From the NCBI RefSeq assembly GCF_021869535.1, contig NW_026262701.1:37262001-37326000 (forward strand): a stretch of DNA of 64,000 bases. The letters run 5' to 3'. The translations under genes and the position numbers were made by a program. The DNA comes from Mytilus californianus. Taxonomy: Eukaryota. Of the stretch, positions 62,801 through 64,000 are shown in pieces (within the stretch, counting starts at the first letter, position 1; every line of letters begins with the position of its first letter). The notes below the pieces were generated by a model. It was not told the DNA's origin and made no database searches. It saw only the letters and a list, made by a program, of their open reading frames with translations.

Positions 62801-64000
62801 CGATAAAAAATAATTTAAAGTTGCATTCAATACAATTTTTCAAGCCAAGCAAATTTTGACGGGCAAGCAAATATTTTGTGTTTTCGAGCTTCTTTGTGAA
62901 CTCAACGCCTCATTTCTAGAATATAATACGGTTTCAATGGCTTTTTTAACATCAAAACAAAACATCACAAACTTCTAAGCAGTCACCACAATATTATCGA
63001 ACAAGTGATATAATTTGTAGATTTAAATTTTCATGTATTATTAAACAAAAGGATATATATAAACCAATGTGTTTTATGTTCCCCGTAAATCGCTGTCTTT
63101 ACAATTAAAAATATTTCATGTATTATCTCTTGCCAATTATGCATCTAGATAATTCAAAGGTGATTTTATTATCCAAGAGTATCTTTAACGAGACGAAGTG
63201 ACCAACAGTATGGAGATTTGAATTTTAATCTATCAATGATAGTTCAATCTCTAGATCAATGGTTATTTACATCCCGATCATAGATCAAAGAACTAAAGAG
63301 ATATGTGACGTACAATTTCCCCTGACCGTATTTCACACAAGGATCATTTTCTAAAAGTTCTTCAATCTTAACTAAAATTCACAGTATCATAGATCTATAT
63401 GTGTATTTTAATGTTCCAAAAATATTATGGCGGATTTCCGAAAATTGTCACAAACTTATAAATGCCTAAAGAAGGCTCAAAACAAAGATATTTTGACAGA
63501 TTTTGTCAAAATTGAATAATTGTCCAAAACATTTACATGAAAGACGTTTTTAAAAACAACCAAAATTCCAATCGAAATAATTTTATATATTGTCATTGTG
63601 ATACAAATCAATTCAGTTTGGTTAGTTTTGTCCTTCGATGCGAAATTTTACAAAAACATGTAAAATTTGAAATATTGTTTTCAACAGCGCTACGCTGAAT
63701 AATATTTTGATTATTAAATCAAATTTAGATATAACGATTGCAATCATTGGAGTCATTCAAAATAATAATATCAAACAACGATGGAAAATGAAAAATTGTC
63801 GATAAGTATATTATAAAGGCATCTTAATATTTGATAACCAGTGGACTTCAACAACTTTCTATTAATGCTCTTCTGAAGGAACCAAATACACAGAAAATTG
63901 GCACTACCTATTTTCTTTCTTTGTTCACTCACTGATTCTCTAGTTTAATATTTAACGTTTTCAGTCATAAGAATTTTGAGAAGATGTCTATGACGATTTA

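Overview
AT-rich, repeat-dense animal genomic DNA. The repeat families and gene types suggest a bivalve mollusc, Mytilus-like; this is from recall and was not verified. Host genes: (1) a large galaxin-like double-cysteine-repeat exon (minus, 12737-14013); (2) two intronless serpin paralogues arranged head-to-head (33632-34768 minus, non-inhibitory hinge; 36518-37648 plus, canonical hinge, P1 Arg); (3) a spliced single-VWA-domain secreted-protein gene that the ORF track only catches in pieces (at least 5 exons, minus, 56290 to 50305), with His/Tyr/Lys-rich ends and an in-frame TAG inside the VWA domain. The rest is transposon debris: Penelope-like RT and GIY-YIG fragments, LINE fragments, a Gypsy gag N-terminus, a Helitron fragment, SINE tails and foldback/MITE elements. 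The most striking non-coding signal is about 10 minimal type I hammerhead ribozyme motifs from several families. These include a ~540-bp tandem array (16961-19384) built from two separate multimeric insertions into (TA)n tracts, i.e. a retrozyme-like system. All alignments and folds were done by eye, and repeat boundaries are approximate unless stated.
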